DNA of 63,010 nt, counting the filler. It is 3 parts of 3 records of this genome, joined end to end, with 100 filler letters (N's around TTAATTAATTAA, not from the genome) between each part and the next. Parts side by side here need not be neighbours in the genome. Positions count along the whole stretch, not along the records: positions 1 to 24,814 come from SRR31156797_2742; 2 more parts are not named here. One strand, given 5' to 3'. Below, one piece after another: positions 1 through 11,910 of the stretch; within the stretch, counting starts at the first letter, position 1, and the number at the start of each line of letters is the position of its first letter. A model generated the notes under the pieces. It was not told the origin of the DNA. It searched no databases and saw nothing but the letters and a program-made list of their open reading frames with translations. Both the position numbers and the translations under genes were made by a program.

Positions 1-211
1 TACCTGAAGATTCAGGTCCATAAATTTCAATAACTCTACCTTTTGGAAGTCCTCCTACACCTAGTGCTAAGTCTAGTCCTAAAGAACCTGTAGAGATAGC
101 TTCAACTGGAACTACTTCTTTGTCCCCAAGTCTGATTAGTGTACCTTTACCAAATGTTTTATCAATTTGTTTAATTGCTAAATCAAGTGATTTTTTTTGA
201 TTTTCATCCAT
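1..211 (-). CDS. recA: Recombinase RecA, 5' part (runs off the window start)
   Basis: Not in the ORF track. Manual translation from ATG at 211 gives [70 protein letters not shown], the RecA N-terminus and start of Walker A (GPESSG). Confidence 0.97.
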   Translation of the reverse strand, partial: MDENQKKSLDLAIKQIDKTFGKGTLIRLGDKEVVPVEAISTGSLGLDLALGVGGLPKGRVIEIYGPESSG

Positions 212-303
212 TTTATTTCCTAAATTATTGGTGTGTTTTTTAATTATGTTGGAATTTTAGCACAATTTTTTTAAAGTACTAAATTTTATTGCATTTTGTA
301 ATG

Positions 304-513
304 TTAGTTTTCTTTATCTTTTTTTTCTTCAGTGAATTTTTCTATTGTTTCAATAGTTTTGATATGGGAAGAAACTCTTTTTTTCATATTATGTTTTTTT
401 ATATGCTTTGCAAGTATTTTAGTATATTTTTTATAATTCCTGCTACCTTTTTCAAAAGTCGCTAGTTTTTTTTGAATTTTTAAAATATCTTCTGGAATTG
501 AACTTTCTGCCAT
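304..513 (-). CDS. Small basic hypothetical protein (69 aa)
   Basis: ATG-started Lys-rich ORF filling the gap between recA and pseB; no recognisable motif. Confidence 0.65.
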   Translation of the reverse strand: MAESSIPEDILKIQKKLATFEKGSRNYKKYTKILAKHIKKHNMKKRVSSHIKTIETIEKFTEEKKDKEN

Positions 514-627
514 AAAAAAACCTGTATAATATATTTATACTAAATTATTACATATTAACTCTTAAAATTAAAGTTAAATATAATTTAGATAATATATAAA
601 ATAATTTAAATTAATCAAAGGCCATGA

Positions 628-1622
<995 letters not shown>

Positions 1623-1623
<1 letters not shown>

Positions 1624-2771
1624 TGAATTTTATACCCTATGGAAAACAAACTATAGAGCAAAGTGATATAGACTCTGTAGTGGAAGTTTTAAAATCAGAT
1701 TTTTTAACAACAGGACCAAAAGTAAAAGAGTTTGAAAATGCACTATCTTCTTATTGTGGAGCAAAGTATGTGATTGCAGTATCAAATGGTACAGCTGCTC
1801 TACATTTAGCATCATTAGTATTGTTAAATGAAGGAGATAAGGTTTTAACTACTCCTAACTCTTTTTTAGCAACTGCAAACTCTATTCTTTATGTAGGAGC
1901 AAAACCAGTTTTTGTAGATATAAAAGAAGATGGAAATATTGATTTAGATGTCTGTGAAGAAATGCTAAAAAAAGATAGTACTATAAAAGCAATATATGCT
2001 GTTGCTTTTTCTGGAAATATGATAAATCAATCAAAACTGAAATATTTAAAAGAGACATATGGAGTAACTATTTTAGAGGATTGTGCCCATGCGATTGGTG
2101 CAAAAGAAGGTGAAATAAAAGCTGGAAGCTGTACTAATAGTGATATTTCAATATTCTCTTTTCACCCAGTAAAGCATCTTACCACAGCAGAAGGTGGAGC
2201 GATTACAACTAACTCAAAAAAGCTTTATGAAAAGCTTCTTTCTTTAAGAACTCATGGTATGGTTAAAACATCTTCAATGAAACCATGGGAGTATGAAATG
2301 CATCAATTGGGATTTAACTATCGTATTACCGACCTTCAATGTGCATTAGGGATATCTCAACTTTCTAAGCTAGATAGTTTTATTCATAGACGATTTGAAA
2401 TAGCAAAAAAATATGATGAGGCTTTTCTCAAAGAGAGTGCAAAGCGCAAGGAAAATTCAATAATAAAACCTTTATATATTTTTGATGGAACATCTTCTTA
2501 TCATTTATATGTTGTTCTTGTAGATTTTACAAAACTAAATATTTCAAAAGAAGAACTATTTTTAAAAATGAAAGAAAAAAATGTAGGTTTACAACTTCAT
2601 TATATACCAATAAATAAACAACCATATTATAGACAATTAGGTTATGGAAGTGAAAATACTCCTGTAATGAATAGATATTATGAGGAGTGTTTCTCTCTTC
2701 CAATATATCCTTTGTTAAGTAATGAAGAGCAAGAGTACGTAATTAATACATTATTTGAGGTATTGAAGTAA
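1623..2771 (+). CDS. pseC: UDP-4-amino-4,6-dideoxy-N-acetyl-beta-L-altrosamine transaminase
   Basis: DegT family: IPYGKQ start, EDCAHAIG, SFHPVKHLTTAEGG (PLP lysine), GFNYRITD; coupled to pseB. Confidence 0.93.
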
Positions 2772-3485
2772 ATGAAAAAAAATGCTATAGCAATAATTCC
2801 AGCAAGGGGTGGAAGTAAAAGAATTCCAAGGAAAAATATAAAAGATTTTCATGGAAAACCTTTGATTGCTTATAGTATAGAGGTTGCATTAAGATCAAAA
2901 CTTTTTGATAAGGTAATTGTTTCTACTGATGATGAAGAAATAGCAAGTATTGCAAAAGAGTATGGGGCAGAAGTCCCGTTCTTAAGGCCTGAAGAGTTAA
3001 GTGATGATTTTACAGGCACAGCTGATGTTGTAAATCATGCCATAGGTTATCTTGAGTCTAAAGACGAATATTATGAGTATATATGTACTATTTATGCAAC
3101 AGCACCTTTTTTACAGAAGAAGTATATAATAGAAGGATATGAGAGCTTAAAAAATAGTGATGCCATAAATAGCTTTAGTTCTACATCCATGCCTTTTCCT
3201 ATTCAGAGAACTTTTAAACTCAATAAAGATGGAAGATGTGAAATGTTCATGCCAGAACATTATATGACAAGGTCTCAAGATTTAGAAGAGGCTTACCAGG
3301 ATGCAGGACAATTTTATTGGACAAATAGAATACGACAAAAAAAGAGTATAAATACAATGATTTTTAGTGATATTAGTATTCCTCTTATCCTTCCAAGATA
3401 TTTGGTACAAGATATAGATACTTTAGAAGACTGGACAAGAGCTGAGTATATGTATACTGCATTAAAACAAAATGGGGAACTTTAA
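2772..3485 (+). CDS. pseF: Pseudaminic acid cytidylyltransferase
   Basis: IIPARGGSKRIPRKNIK, RSQDLEEAYQDAGQFYW and DIDTLED motifs. Confidence 0.93.
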   Translation: MKKNAIAIIPARGGSKRIPRKNIKDFHGKPLIAYSIEVALRSKLFDKVIVSTDDEEIASIAKEYGAEVPFLRPEELSDDFTGTADVVNHAIGYLESKDEYYEYICTIYATAPFLQKKYIIEGYESLKNSDAINSFSSTSMPFPIQRTFKLNKDGRCEMFMPEHYMTRSQDLEEAYQDAGQFYWTNRIRQKKSINTMIFSDISIPLILPRYLVQDIDTLEDWTRAEYMYTALKQNGEL

Positions 3486-3486
3486 A

Positions 3487-4392
3487 ATGAATATACTTTT
3501 TAGGGCAGACTCTTCATCTCAAATTGGTACTGGGCATATAATGAGGGATTTGGTTTTAGCAAAAAAGTATGAGAAAAAAAAACATAACATAATATTTGCA
3601 AGTAGAGAATTAGAAGGAAATATTAATTCTAAAATTGATGAAGCTCAATATAAAAGGTTGGTTCTTAAGACGGAGAATATCAAAGAATTAAATAGAATTA
3701 TAAAAGAACAAAATATTGATATGATAGTGATTGATCATTATGGTATTGATTTTAGTTTTGAAAAAAAGTTAAAAAAAGCTAATCCAAGTTTAAAAATATT
3801 TGTACTTGATGATACTTATGAAAGACATTACTGTGATACTCTTTTAAATCATAATATAAGTGCTGATAAAAAGAGATATAAAGGATTAGTTCCTAATAGT
3901 TGTAAGTTGAAATGTGGAAAGAAATATACTCTTTTAAGAGAAGAATTCATTAAAGAAAAAAAGAAAAAAAGAAAAAGAAATGATACAAAAATAAAAACTA
4001 TTTTTATTGCAATGGGTGGAGCTGATCATAGTAATATAAATATTGATATTCTCAAAGTATTAAGCAAATTTAAAAATATAAAAGTAAATTTAGTAACAAC
4101 AAGAGCAAATAAAAATTTAAAAGAGTTAGAAACTTATTGTCAAAATAAAAAGTGGATTACTCTTCATATAAATTCAAATAAAATAGCAAAACTTATGGCA
4201 AAGAGTGATTTTGCAATTGTTACACCAAGTGTAACTATAAACGAAGTTTATTATCTAGGGTTACCAATGATAGCAGTAAAGACAGCTGATAATCAACTGG
4301 ACATGTATAAATATCTTAAGAAGAAAAAAATTTCAGTTCTAAAAAAGTTTGATAGAAATAAGTTAAGGACATATATAAATAAGATAGTATGA
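3487..4392 (+). CDS. pseG: UDP-2,4-diacetamido-2,4,6-trideoxy-beta-L-altropyranose hydrolase
   Basis: FRADSSSQIGTGHIMR, IDHYG and MGGAD motifs; start moved to the ATG at 3487. Confidence 0.92.
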   Translation: MNILFRADSSSQIGTGHIMRDLVLAKKYEKKKHNIIFASRELEGNINSKIDEAQYKRLVLKTENIKELNRIIKEQNIDMIVIDHYGIDFSFEKKLKKANPSLKIFVLDDTYERHYCDTLLNHNISADKKRYKGLVPNSCKLKCGKKYTLLREEFIKEKKKKRKRNDTKIKTIFIAMGGADHSNINIDILKVLSKFKNIKVNLVTTRANKNLKELETYCQNKKWITLHINSNKIAKLMAKSDFAIVTPSVTINEVYYLGLPMIAVKTADNQLDMYKYLKKKKISVLKKFDRNKLRTYINKIV

Positions 4393-4402
4393 GAAAAATT
4401 TT

Positions 4403-4882
4403 ATGAAAAAGATTAAACTAATAAATTTTACTAAATTATCATTAGATGAAAAAAAATTAATTCTTCAATGGAGAAATAATCCTCTTATAAAAAAGTGGAT
4501 GTATACAGAGGAAGATATTAGTTTAGAAGATCATTTATCTTTTATTGATAGTTTACTTTTATCTGAGGATAAGTTATACTTTTTAGTTAAAGAGAATATG
4601 GAATATATAGGTGTCATTGATTTTGTTAATATTTCACCTGACTCTTTAAATATGGGAATATATGCTAACCCTTTTTTAAAAAATAAAGGAATGATTTTAT
4701 TAGAAGAAATAATCAAGTACTCCTTTGATATTCTAAAAGTTAAAAAAATAAAAGCAGAAGTTTTTAAAGAAAATGATAAAGCCTGTAATTTATATAAAAA
4801 ATATAACTTTACTACAGTCAATGAAAAGAATATAAATAATAGAGAAGTAGCTTGTATGGAGTTAATAAATGAAAATAGGTAA
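4403..4882 (+). CDS. pseH: UDP-4-amino-4,6-dideoxy-N-acetyl-beta-L-altrosamine N-acetyltransferase (GNAT)
   Basis: LINF...WRN...I..WMY N-terminus and a C-terminal N..A..LY.K..F GNAT motif; lies between pseG and pseI. Confidence 0.9.
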   Translation: MKKIKLINFTKLSLDEKKLILQWRNNPLIKKWMYTEEDISLEDHLSFIDSLLLSEDKLYFLVKENMEYIGVIDFVNISPDSLNMGIYANPFLKNKGMILLEEIIKYSFDILKVKKIKAEVFKENDKACNLYKKYNFTTVNEKNINNREVACMELINENR

Positions 4883-5894
4883 CTTTGATTTAAAAAAAGA
4901 TGGAACTTATATAATATCAGAACTTAGTGCAAATCATGGTAGAGATATTAATATTGTTAAAAAAACTATAAAAGCAGCCAAAGAAATAGGAGCAAATGCA
5001 GTAAAACTTCAAACTTATACTGCAGATACTTTAACATTAAATTCAGATAAAGAGGACTTTATTATTAAAGGTGGAACTCTTTGGGATGATAAAAAACTTT
5101 ATGAATTATATAAAGAAGCGTACCTTCCTTGGGAATGGCACAAGGAGTTATTTGAATATGCTAGAAGTATTGATATTGATATTTTCTCGAGTCCTTTTGA
5201 TAAAAGTGCAGTTGATTTTCTAGAACAGTTTAACCCAAGTACATATAAAATTGCTTCTTTTGAAATAACTGACTATGATCTTATCAAATATACAGCATCA
5301 AAAGGAAAGCCTATTATTATTAGTACTGGAATAGCTACAATAGATGAAATACAAGATGCAGTCGATATATGTAGAAGTGTAGGAAATGAAAATATTATAC
5401 TTTTAAAATGTACAAGCTCTTATCCTGCACCACTAGAGGATGCAAATTTAGCAACTATCCCAAATTTAGCACAAACATTTGGTGTAATAAGTGGTTTTTC
5501 TGATCATACATTAGGAACTACAGCCCCTGTTGTTGCAGTTACTCTTGGTGCAAAAGTTATCGAAAAACATTTTATTTTAGATAAATCAATAGGTGGTCCT
5601 GATGCAGATTTTTCTTTAGATAAACAAGAGTTTTCTGATATGATAAAGGCAGTAAGAGATACTGAAGGATTACTTGGTAAAGTTGATTATACTTTAACTG
5701 CTAAAAAGAAAAAGTCAAGACAGTTTGCAAGAAGTCTTTATGTTAGTAAAGATATAAAAAAAGGTGAACTCTTTACGGAAAAAAATATAAGAAGTGTAAG
5801 ACCTGGATATGGGTTACATCCAAAGTATTTAAATGATATTTTAGGAAAAGAAGCTAAAAAGAGTTATACCATTGGAGATAGAGTAAGCTTTTAA
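4869..5894 (+). CDS. pseI: Pseudaminic acid synthase
   Basis: ELSANH, KLQTYTADT, KIASFE, CTSSYPAP, SDHTLG, IEKHF and a C-terminal SAF domain (VRPGYG). Confidence 0.95.
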   Translation: MKIGNFDLKKDGTYIISELSANHGRDINIVKKTIKAAKEIGANAVKLQTYTADTLTLNSDKEDFIIKGGTLWDDKKLYELYKEAYLPWEWHKELFEYARSIDIDIFSSPFDKSAVDFLEQFNPSTYKIASFEITDYDLIKYTASKGKPIIISTGIATIDEIQDAVDICRSVGNENIILLKCTSSYPAPLEDANLATIPNLAQTFGVISGFSDHTLGTTAPVVAVTLGAKVIEKHFILDKSIGGPDADFSLDKQEFSDMIKAVRDTEGLLGKVDYTLTAKKKKSRQFARSLYVSKDIKKGELFTEKNIRSVRPGYGLHPKYLNDILGKEAKKSYTIGDRVSF

Positions 5895-5916
5895 AAGAAG
5901 TTTTATAAGGGAACAA

Positions 5917-7845
5917 TTGGAAGATTTAAATAATATAGCAGAAGAGATATTTGACTCGTGTATTGAAAATATAGAAAATGAAAATATAGAAGATGAAGTA
6001 GTTATTGGACTATATTATATTTCTAAATATATTGAAGAGGGGCATACTCTCTCAGTAAATAGTCATAATCAGCTAAATAAAATAATATTATTATTAAATA
6101 AAAAAAGTCATGAAAACTTAAAATTAATAAATAATATTAGAACTTTTATTTTAAAATATATTTTAGATATTATTGAAAACAAAAAAAGCCTAAATAAAAT
6201 TAAAGAAGAGTTCTTTAAAACTTATTATGATTTTAATGATTTTCAAAATATTATAGATAATAAAGACTTTATTTTATTGATTTTTCCACAAGAAAAAATG
6301 AGTGAATATTTAGAATGTTTAAATGCAGAATTTAAAAAAGATAGAGAGTTTTGGGATAAAACATTTATTGAAAAACAACAGGTTATTTTTAAATTTCACT
6401 ATATAACTATGTTAATTTATGAAAAGAAGAGAGAAAATTTTCAAAAGATGTTTGAATATTTATTTAAAATATTCAATATGGCTATAAGTAAAGAAGAAGA
6501 TGAACTTATTTTTTATCTATATACTCCATTGTATTATTCTAATAATATTGTCTCAACAGACTTTGATGATTACCTACGGTTCAATAATTTAGTAGAGAAA
6601 AAATTTGAATACTATATAAAAACTAGTTTTATTAAGAGATATCAAATAATGCCTAATACTAATAAAGGGAAAAAGGGAAAAGTGAAGATTGCTTTTGTTC
6701 CAGAAAGATTAATAGAGTACTCTGTTTATAAGGTCTTATATACATTATTAAATTATCTAAAAAACCTTGAAGTAGAGATTATTACCTTTGATTTAAATTT
6801 TAAAGAGTTAGGGGGTTCCTTGACTGAAAAACAGAATGAATTGGTTCTTTTAGGACATAATCTGATAGATTGCAATAAAAAATTTGCTACAAATAATTCT
6901 GTATTTTATTCAACAGTAGAAAAGGCTTTAAAACTTCGTGAATATATAATATCTAATGAAATTGACATTTTAATAGGAATGAGTGGTAGACCTGAATATA
7001 ACTTTTTATTTACAACAAGAACAGCACCTTTACAAGTTTATTGGAGTCATGGAAATAGTGAGTATCATATTGATGGTATAGATAAAAAAATATCTCATTT
7101 TGACCAAAGAACAAAAAACAATGAGTATCAAATATTTCACCTCCCTATAAATTTAAAAGACTATCAAGTAGAAATTGATTATAGTACGGTTCAAACAATA
7201 AGAGATATATATCCTAAAAATAGTTTTATCTTAGGTTATATAGGACGTTTATTAAAAATAGAAGATGATGATTACCTAGATTGTATTGCAAGTATAATGA
7301 AAGAAAATCCAAATACTATATTTCTAGCATGTGGAAGTGGTAATCAAGATACTATTAGAACAAAGGTAAATAATCTAGGAATAGGAGATAGATTTTTCTT
7401 TACGGGACACATTGACCCTAATATATATGCATATGTCATAGATTTATTTTTAGCTTCTTTTGTTAATGGTGGTGCAGCACTAGATGAGTATAGAAACAAA
7501 GGGAGACCATATGTTTCTTTGCATTCTAAAGACTGGTTTAAAAACTATAATAAAATAAATTTTATAAAAGTTTATAATGAAAATAATAAAGGGTATTTAA
7601 AAAAAGATTTATATAGTAAAGAAGATATATCTTCTATAAAAAAGAATAATTATTTGAATATAGCAAATAGACATTCATCTTTTTTTTATACTTTAGGACA
7701 TGTAAAAAATATTCAAGACTATATAAAAGTATCAAAACTATTAATAAATGATAAAGAACTATGTCATAAAATAGTAGAAGAAAGGTTATTTATTTTAAAC
7801 TATAGAAATCAAGAGTTTGATTTTTTAGAAACCTTAAATAATTAA
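5917..7845 (+). CDS. Putative protein O-glycosyltransferase (helical N-terminus plus GT41/OGT-like GT-B domain)
   Basis: EIDILI...RTAPLQVYWSHG resembles the GT41 R.APvQv.w.G motif; LGYIGRLLKI and DRFFFTG...IDLFL fit a second Rossmann domain; directly after pseI. Confidence 0.65.
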   Translation: MEDLNNIAEEIFDSCIENIENENIEDEVVIGLYYISKYIEEGHTLSVNSHNQLNKIILLLNKKSHENLKLINNIRTFILKYILDIIENKKSLNKIKEEFFKTYYDFNDFQNIIDNKDFILLIFPQEKMSEYLECLNAEFKKDREFWDKTFIEKQQVIFKFHYITMLIYEKKRENFQKMFEYLFKIFNMAISKEEDELIFYLYTPLYYSNNIVSTDFDDYLRFNNLVEKKFEYYIKTSFIKRYQIMPNTNKGKKGKVKIAFVPERLIEYSVYKVLYTLLNYLKNLEVEIITFDLNFKELGGSLTEKQNELVLLGHNLIDCNKKFATNNSVFYSTVEKALKLREYIISNEIDILIGMSGRPEYNFLFTTRTAPLQVYWSHGNSEYHIDGIDKKISHFDQRTKNNEYQIFHLPINLKDYQVEIDYSTVQTIRDIYPKNSFILGYIGRLLKIEDDDYLDCIASIMKENPNTIFLACGSGNQDTIRTKVNNLGIGDRFFFTGHIDPNIYAYVIDLFLASFVNGGAALDEYRNKGRPYVSLHSKDWFKNYNKINFIKVYNENNKGYLKKDLYSKEDISSIKKNNYLNIANRHSSFFYTLGHVKNIQDYIKVSKLLINDKELCHKIVEERLFILNYRNQEFDFLETLNN

Positions 7846-7925
7846 GACTATTAATAATAAAGATTTTAAAAATAAGTTTATCAGGAATTGAATGAAAATA
7901 AACACTAAAAAAAGAATTTTTTAAT

Positions 7926-8630
7926 ATGAGCAAAGTTGCTATATTACAATCTAACTATATACCTTGGAAAGGTTATTTTGATTTAATAAATAGTGTTGAT
8001 TATTTTGTAATATATGATAGTATGCAATATACAAGAAGAGACTGGAGAAATAGAAATAAAATACAAACAACTACTGGATTAAAGTGGTTAAGTATTCCTG
8101 TTGTTACTAAAAATAAATTTCATCAATCTATTTTTAATACAAAAGTTGAAAATAAAAACTGGGCACAAATTCATTGGGAAACAATAAAAAGAAATTATAC
8201 TAAAGCTACTTATTTTAAAGAGTATAAAGAGTTATTTGAAGAACTTTATTTAAATTCAAATGAAGATTTTTTAAGTGATATAAATTATAAATTTTTAAAA
8301 GCTATAAATGATATTTTAGGAATAAAAACCAAAATACTTTTCTCCAATGAGTTTAAATTAGTTGAAGGGAAAAGTGAAAGATTATTAGGAATATGTAAGG
8401 AATTAAATGCTGCAACTTATTTTTCCGGACCAGCTGCTAAAGATTATTTAAATGAAAATCTTTTTAAAGAAGAAAAAATTGAAGTTAACTGGATGGATTA
8501 CTCAAACTATAAACCCTATCCTCAAGTTTTTACTCCTTTTAATCACTTTGTTTCTATTTTAGATCTTATTTTTAATATGGGAGAAAATAGTAGCTTATAT
8601 ATGAAAAGTTTTAAGGCTAAAAATGAATAA
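7926..8630 (+). CDS. WbqC family protein (putative aminoacyl/glycyl transferase for a sugar amine)
   Basis: ILQSNYIPWKGYFDLI, QYTRRDWRNRN, YFSGPAAKDYL and SILDLIFN signatures. Confidence 0.9.
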   Translation: MSKVAILQSNYIPWKGYFDLINSVDYFVIYDSMQYTRRDWRNRNKIQTTTGLKWLSIPVVTKNKFHQSIFNTKVENKNWAQIHWETIKRNYTKATYFKEYKELFEELYLNSNEDFLSDINYKFLKAINDILGIKTKILFSNEFKLVEGKSERLLGICKELNAATYFSGPAAKDYLNENLFKEEKIEVNWMDYSNYKPYPQVFTPFNHFVSILDLIFNMGENSSLYMKSFKAKNE

Positions 8631-9606
8631 TATAAAATATGGTTTTCAAAAACATCTTTCAAAAGAGTATCCCTCTCAAATAATCATAGATTTAACGCAA
8701 TTTTGTAATCTTGCTTGTATTCACTGTCCTCATCCTATATTTAAAAAATCAGAATATTTTACGGGCTCACATTTAGACCTAAATTTGCATAAAAAATTAA
8801 TTGATGATATTGCAGAAAATAGTAATAATATTTGTCAGTATATAAGATATACGGCAAATGGAGAGACTTTATTACATCCTAATTTTGATGAAATAATCTT
8901 ATATTCAGGGAAATATAGTAATACAAGAATAAATGTTACAACAAATGGAAACTTACTAACTAACTCAAAAATTAATGTTCTATTAGAAGCAAAAGTAGAT
9001 GTAATTGATATAAGTATTGATGCTTATTTAGAAGAGACTTATTCAAAAATTAGAATAAATGGTAATTTAGAAATAGTAAAGCAAAATATTAAAAATTTAA
9101 TAAAAAAAATAAAAGAGACTAATAGTCAAACAAAAATAGTTGTAAGTTTTGTTAATCAACCTAAAAATATTCAAGAAGCTGAAAGTTTTAAAAAATACTG
9201 GGAAGAGCAAGGAGCTAATTTTGTAGTAATTAGAAATTTACACTCTTCTGCTGGCTCTAAAAAAAATATTTCAAAAAAAATGAAAGATTTAACTCAAACA
9301 ACTTTTAGAAAACCTTGCTTATATCCTTGGGAAAGACTTACTTTAACACCTGATGGAAAATTAGCTTTTTGTCCTGCTGATTGGGTACATGGTTCACATT
9401 TTATTGATTTTAAAACTACTTCAATAAAAGAAGTATGGCAAAGTAAATTTATGGAAGAGTTAAGAGAAGCTCATTTAAAAAATGATTTTAAAAATTTCTC
9501 TTTTTGCGAAAATTGTCCTGACTGGGTTAATACAAAATGGCCAGAAGAAGGAACTTCTTATATGAATGTGATGAAAGATCTAATTCCTAATGATTTATTG
9601 GATTAA
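8623..9606 (+). CDS. Radical SAM protein with SPASM/twitch-like domain
   Basis: CNLACIHC (CX3CX2C), TTNG, and C-terminal CLYPWERL...C...CENC. Confidence 0.9.
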   Translation: MNNIKYGFQKHLSKEYPSQIIIDLTQFCNLACIHCPHPIFKKSEYFTGSHLDLNLHKKLIDDIAENSNNICQYIRYTANGETLLHPNFDEIILYSGKYSNTRINVTTNGNLLTNSKINVLLEAKVDVIDISIDAYLEETYSKIRINGNLEIVKQNIKNLIKKIKETNSQTKIVVSFVNQPKNIQEAESFKKYWEEQGANFVVIRNLHSSAGSKKNISKKMKDLTQTTFRKPCLYPWERLTLTPDGKLAFCPADWVHGSHFIDFKTTSIKEVWQSKFMEELREAHLKNDFKNFSFCENCPDWVNTKWPEEGTSYMNVMKDLIPNDLLD

Positions 9607-9608
9607 AA

Positions 9609-10871
9609 ATGAAACAAACAATACAAAATGAAAGCTCTTTTACAATTACTAGTAATTTTGATGCACCAACAAATATAAAAAATGAATTTTTATATTATGT
9701 AAAAAGAGTTTTTATTGATATTTTTATTGGGATACCTGTACTAATCTTAGCCTTTTTTCTATTATTATTTAAAAAACAAATAAAAAAAAGAAGTTCTAAA
9801 AAGATTATCTTAGGAACTGTTCCTATAATTATATTTAAAACTTATAATGATGTATTAAAAAAAGAATTTAATACAACACTTTTTGTTTTAAAAGATTGGT
9901 CAGAGGGTAATTTTCATAATGGAATAACATTAAATGATATTTCTACTTCTTTTATAGCAAAAAGACCTTTTACTCTTGGAACTTATTTTGCTTTTATTTG
10001 GAGCATTTTAAATTTTGAACTATTTTTATTGTATTTTAACAGTGGCTTTTTAGAAAGAACTATCTGGTGGAGATTAGAACCTATTATTTATCAGTTATTT
10101 GATAAAAAAGTAGTTTTATTTCCATATGGAAGTGATGTTTGGACAGTTGATAAAATGTCAAATTTAAAAAAGAAATATGCACTAACTCTTTTTGATAAAA
10201 AATATTTTGATATGGATTTTAAAAGAATTAAAAGAAATATATGGTGGAGTAAATATGTAAATGCAATATTTACTTTAGTTGATTTTATAAAATTTTTACC
10301 TAGATTTGATATTTTAACTCTTCATGGGCATATCTTATTAGATATTGAAGAGAAACCAACTTTTATTAAAAAAGATACAATAAAAATTGTACATTTTGCA
10401 AATGATGAATTTAGAAAAGGCACAAAAAATATTAGCTTGATTTTAGAAAATTTATCAAAAGAAAGAGATGATTTTGAGTATGAAATATTAGTTTCTATTT
10501 CAAGGGATACTCTTTTAAAAAAATGTAAAGAAGCTGATATTATAATAGATACTTTTATTGATGGATTTTTGCAATATACAACTTTAGAAGCAGCAATAAA
10601 AGGAAAAGTAGTTTTAGCAAATTTGGATAATGAATTGAATGACTTTTTTAAATATATAAATAATGAATATTATGAAAAACATTTTAAGCAAATGCCAATT
10701 ATAAATTATAATATATATAATTTAGAAGAAAAACTTTTAGAACTACTAAATAATAAAGAAGAAATTGTTGAAATTAGTAAAAATACTTATGACTTTACAC
10801 TTAATATTATAGAAGAAAATAAAAAATTTATTTTAAATTTTACAAATAAATTATTAGAGAAAAGGTACTAA
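9609..10871 (+). CDS. Glycosyltransferase (GT-B, GT4-like) with N-terminal hydrophobic segment
   Basis: PYGSDV, KIVHFAN...KGT and ADIIID...TLEAAIKGKVV motifs. Confidence 0.7.
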   Translation: MKQTIQNESSFTITSNFDAPTNIKNEFLYYVKRVFIDIFIGIPVLILAFFLLLFKKQIKKRSSKKIILGTVPIIIFKTYNDVLKKEFNTTLFVLKDWSEGNFHNGITLNDISTSFIAKRPFTLGTYFAFIWSILNFELFLLYFNSGFLERTIWWRLEPIIYQLFDKKVVLFPYGSDVWTVDKMSNLKKKYALTLFDKKYFDMDFKRIKRNIWWSKYVNAIFTLVDFIKFLPRFDILTLHGHILLDIEEKPTFIKKDTIKIVHFANDEFRKGTKNISLILENLSKERDDFEYEILVSISRDTLLKKCKEADIIIDTFIDGFLQYTTLEAAIKGKVVLANLDNELNDFFKYINNEYYEKHFKQMPIINYNIYNLEEKLLELLNNKEEIVEISKNTYDFTLNIIEENKKFILNFTNKLLEKRY

Positions 10872-10872
10872 A

Positions 10873-11910
10873 ATGGGGAATACTTATCTTATTACTGGTG
10901 GAGCTGGTTTTATAGGTTCTAATTTTGCAACATATATTTACAATAAATATAGAGATTCAAAAATTATAGTTTTAGATTTATTAACATATGCAGGAAATAT
11001 AGAAAACTTCCCTGTAAATATAAATAATATCAATGAAAGATTTGAGTTTTGGTATGGAGATGTAAAAAATAGTGCATTAGTTGAAGAACTAGTAGCTAAA
11101 TCAGATTATGTTGTACATTTTGCTGCTGAAACTCATGTAACAAGGTCAATTTTTGATAATAGAAATTTTTTTGAAACGGATGTTATAGGTACTCAAACTA
11201 TTGCAAATGCAGTATTACAAAATAAACATAAAATAAAAAAATTTATTCATATTTCTACTTCTGAGGTTTATGGTTCAGCACATCAATGTGAATATATGAA
11301 TGAAGACCACCCTTTAAACCCAGCATCACCTTATGCTGCAGCAAAAGCTGGTGCAGATAGACTGGTATATTCTTATGTTAATACTTATGATATTCCAGCC
11401 GTGATTGTGAGACCTTTTAATAATTATGGCCCAAAACAGCATTTAGAAAAGGCGATTCCAAGATTTATTACAAATGCACTTATGGAAGAAAAACTTCATA
11501 TTCATGGAGAAGGAATTGCTTCAAGAGATTGGGTTTATGTTGAAGATACGTGCAATGGCTTAGATATTATTTTAAATGCCCCTTTAAATAAAGTACAAGG
11601 AGAAGTTTTCAATCTTGGAACAGGAAAATCAATTTCTATAAAAGAAGTAGCATTAAAAGTGATTAAACAGTTAAATATTGATAGTTCATTTATTCAATAT
11701 ATTGAAGATAGACCAGGTCAAGTGGACTGCCACAGAGCAGATATAAATAAAATGAAAGAAGTATTAAACTGGACAGCTAAAGTTGAATTTGAAGAGGGCT
11801 TAGAAAAAACTATAAGTTGGTATAAAAATAATTCTCAAACTTGGGAAAAACAAATTTGGATGAGACAAATACCAATTATTTTAAAAGATGGGCAAAAAGT
11901 GATTCACTAA
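10873..11910 (+). CDS. dTDP-glucose 4,6-dehydratase-like (RmlB family)
   Basis: TGGAGFIGS, DLLTYAG, HFAAETHV, STSEVYG, YAAAK, NNYGP and DRPG motifs. Confidence 0.88.
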   Translation: MGNTYLITGGAGFIGSNFATYIYNKYRDSKIIVLDLLTYAGNIENFPVNINNINERFEFWYGDVKNSALVEELVAKSDYVVHFAAETHVTRSIFDNRNFFETDVIGTQTIANAVLQNKHKIKKFIHISTSEVYGSAHQCEYMNEDHPLNPASPYAAAKAGADRLVYSYVNTYDIPAVIVRPFNNYGPKQHLEKAIPRFITNALMEEKLHIHGEGIASRDWVYVEDTCNGLDIILNAPLNKVQGEVFNLGTGKSISIKEVALKVIKQLNIDSSFIQYIEDRPGQVDCHRADINKMKEVLNWTAKVEFEEGLEKTISWYKNNSQTWEKQIWMRQIPIILKDGQKVIH

